A DNA stretch of 45,189 nt from assembly GCA_045531015.1 (NCBI GenBank), contig JAZSDE010000087.1, positions 1 to 45,189 of the forward strand. The letters are read 5' to 3'. Below are positions 44,856 to 45,189 of this stretch, piece after piece. The first letter of the stretch is position 1, and every line of letters starts with the position of its first letter. Below the pieces are notes generated by a model. It was given only the letters and a program-made list of their open reading frames with translations, was not told the origin of the DNA and did not search any database. A program made the translations under genes and the position numbers. The stretch comes from Faecousia sp. GTDB lineage: Bacteria > Bacillota > Clostridia > Oscillospirales > Oscillospiraceae.

Positions 44856-44883
44856 TTAGTTTTATTTCAGCAAGGTTTGCAGC

Positions 44884-45189
44884 TTACAGAGCTTTTGCAT
44901 TTGCCAGCAGATACTTTTCTGCCTCGGGGCACCACAGGTCGTTGTTTGCCTTGCAGATTTTAGCCAGCTCGGCAAACAGAGGATCGGTCTTGCCCTTCTC
45001 TTCAAACTCAGAAATTGCAGTCAGGGGCAGATCAATGTGGTTGTAGATCAGCTTCTTACCGCCGGGGATCTTGGGCAGGTTCAGCGTGGTCTCCACAACT
45101 GCATTCAGACCGCCGATATGGGTCACCAGCGCAGAGGGGTTGAGCTTGCCGGCGTTCATCATCTCGATCGCTTCCTGCATATCGTTGGT
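44884..45189 (-). CDS. Zinc-binding dehydrogenase, SorE (sorbose-1-phosphate reductase)-like, 3' end only
   Basis: VTHIGGLNA..TLNLPKIPGGKKLIY..LPLTAI..W..EAEKYLL. Confidence 0.7.
   Translation of the reverse strand, partial: TNDMQEAIEMMNAGKLNPSALVTHIGGLNAVVETTLNLPKIPGGKKLIYNHIDLPLTAISEFEEKGKTDPLFAELAKICKANNDLWCPEAEKYLLANAKAL

Noticed and set aside
1-45189. tRNA, rRNA, T-box or SAM riboswitch
   Set aside because: No cloverleaf or conserved signatures were found by eye in intergenic regions; an Infernal/Rfam scan would be needed to exclude them fully.

Overview
Chromosomal segment of a spore-forming Clostridia/Firmicutes bacterium (Oscillospiraceae-like gene order and style; inference). Core content: scpA-scpB-ytfI-ytfJ-dacB-rluB, a nucleoside kinase, metA, spoIID, ylxM-ffh-rpsP-khpA-rimM-trmD, tsaA, a pyrimidine operon, dusB, ttcA-like, rplM-rpsI, tldD-pmbA and a MacB-like ABC transporter. 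Four things stand out. (1) The pyr operon is remodelled: there is no carA or pyrR, CarB appears to have lost its small-subunit interface motifs (candidate ammonia-only CPS), and PyrB carries a fused PyrI-type zinc domain. (2) Intergenic DNA is densely colonised by at least three families of REP-like palindromes, including a two-hairpin family with interchangeable modules. (3) Two AT-rich islets each encode an ECF sigma and anti-sigma next to secreted protease-related genes, and share a promoter-like motif. (4) One islet has a Met-Ala-stop micro-uORF. No rRNA, tRNA, CRISPR, transposase or integrase was seen. All calls are by eye from motifs; no searches were run.
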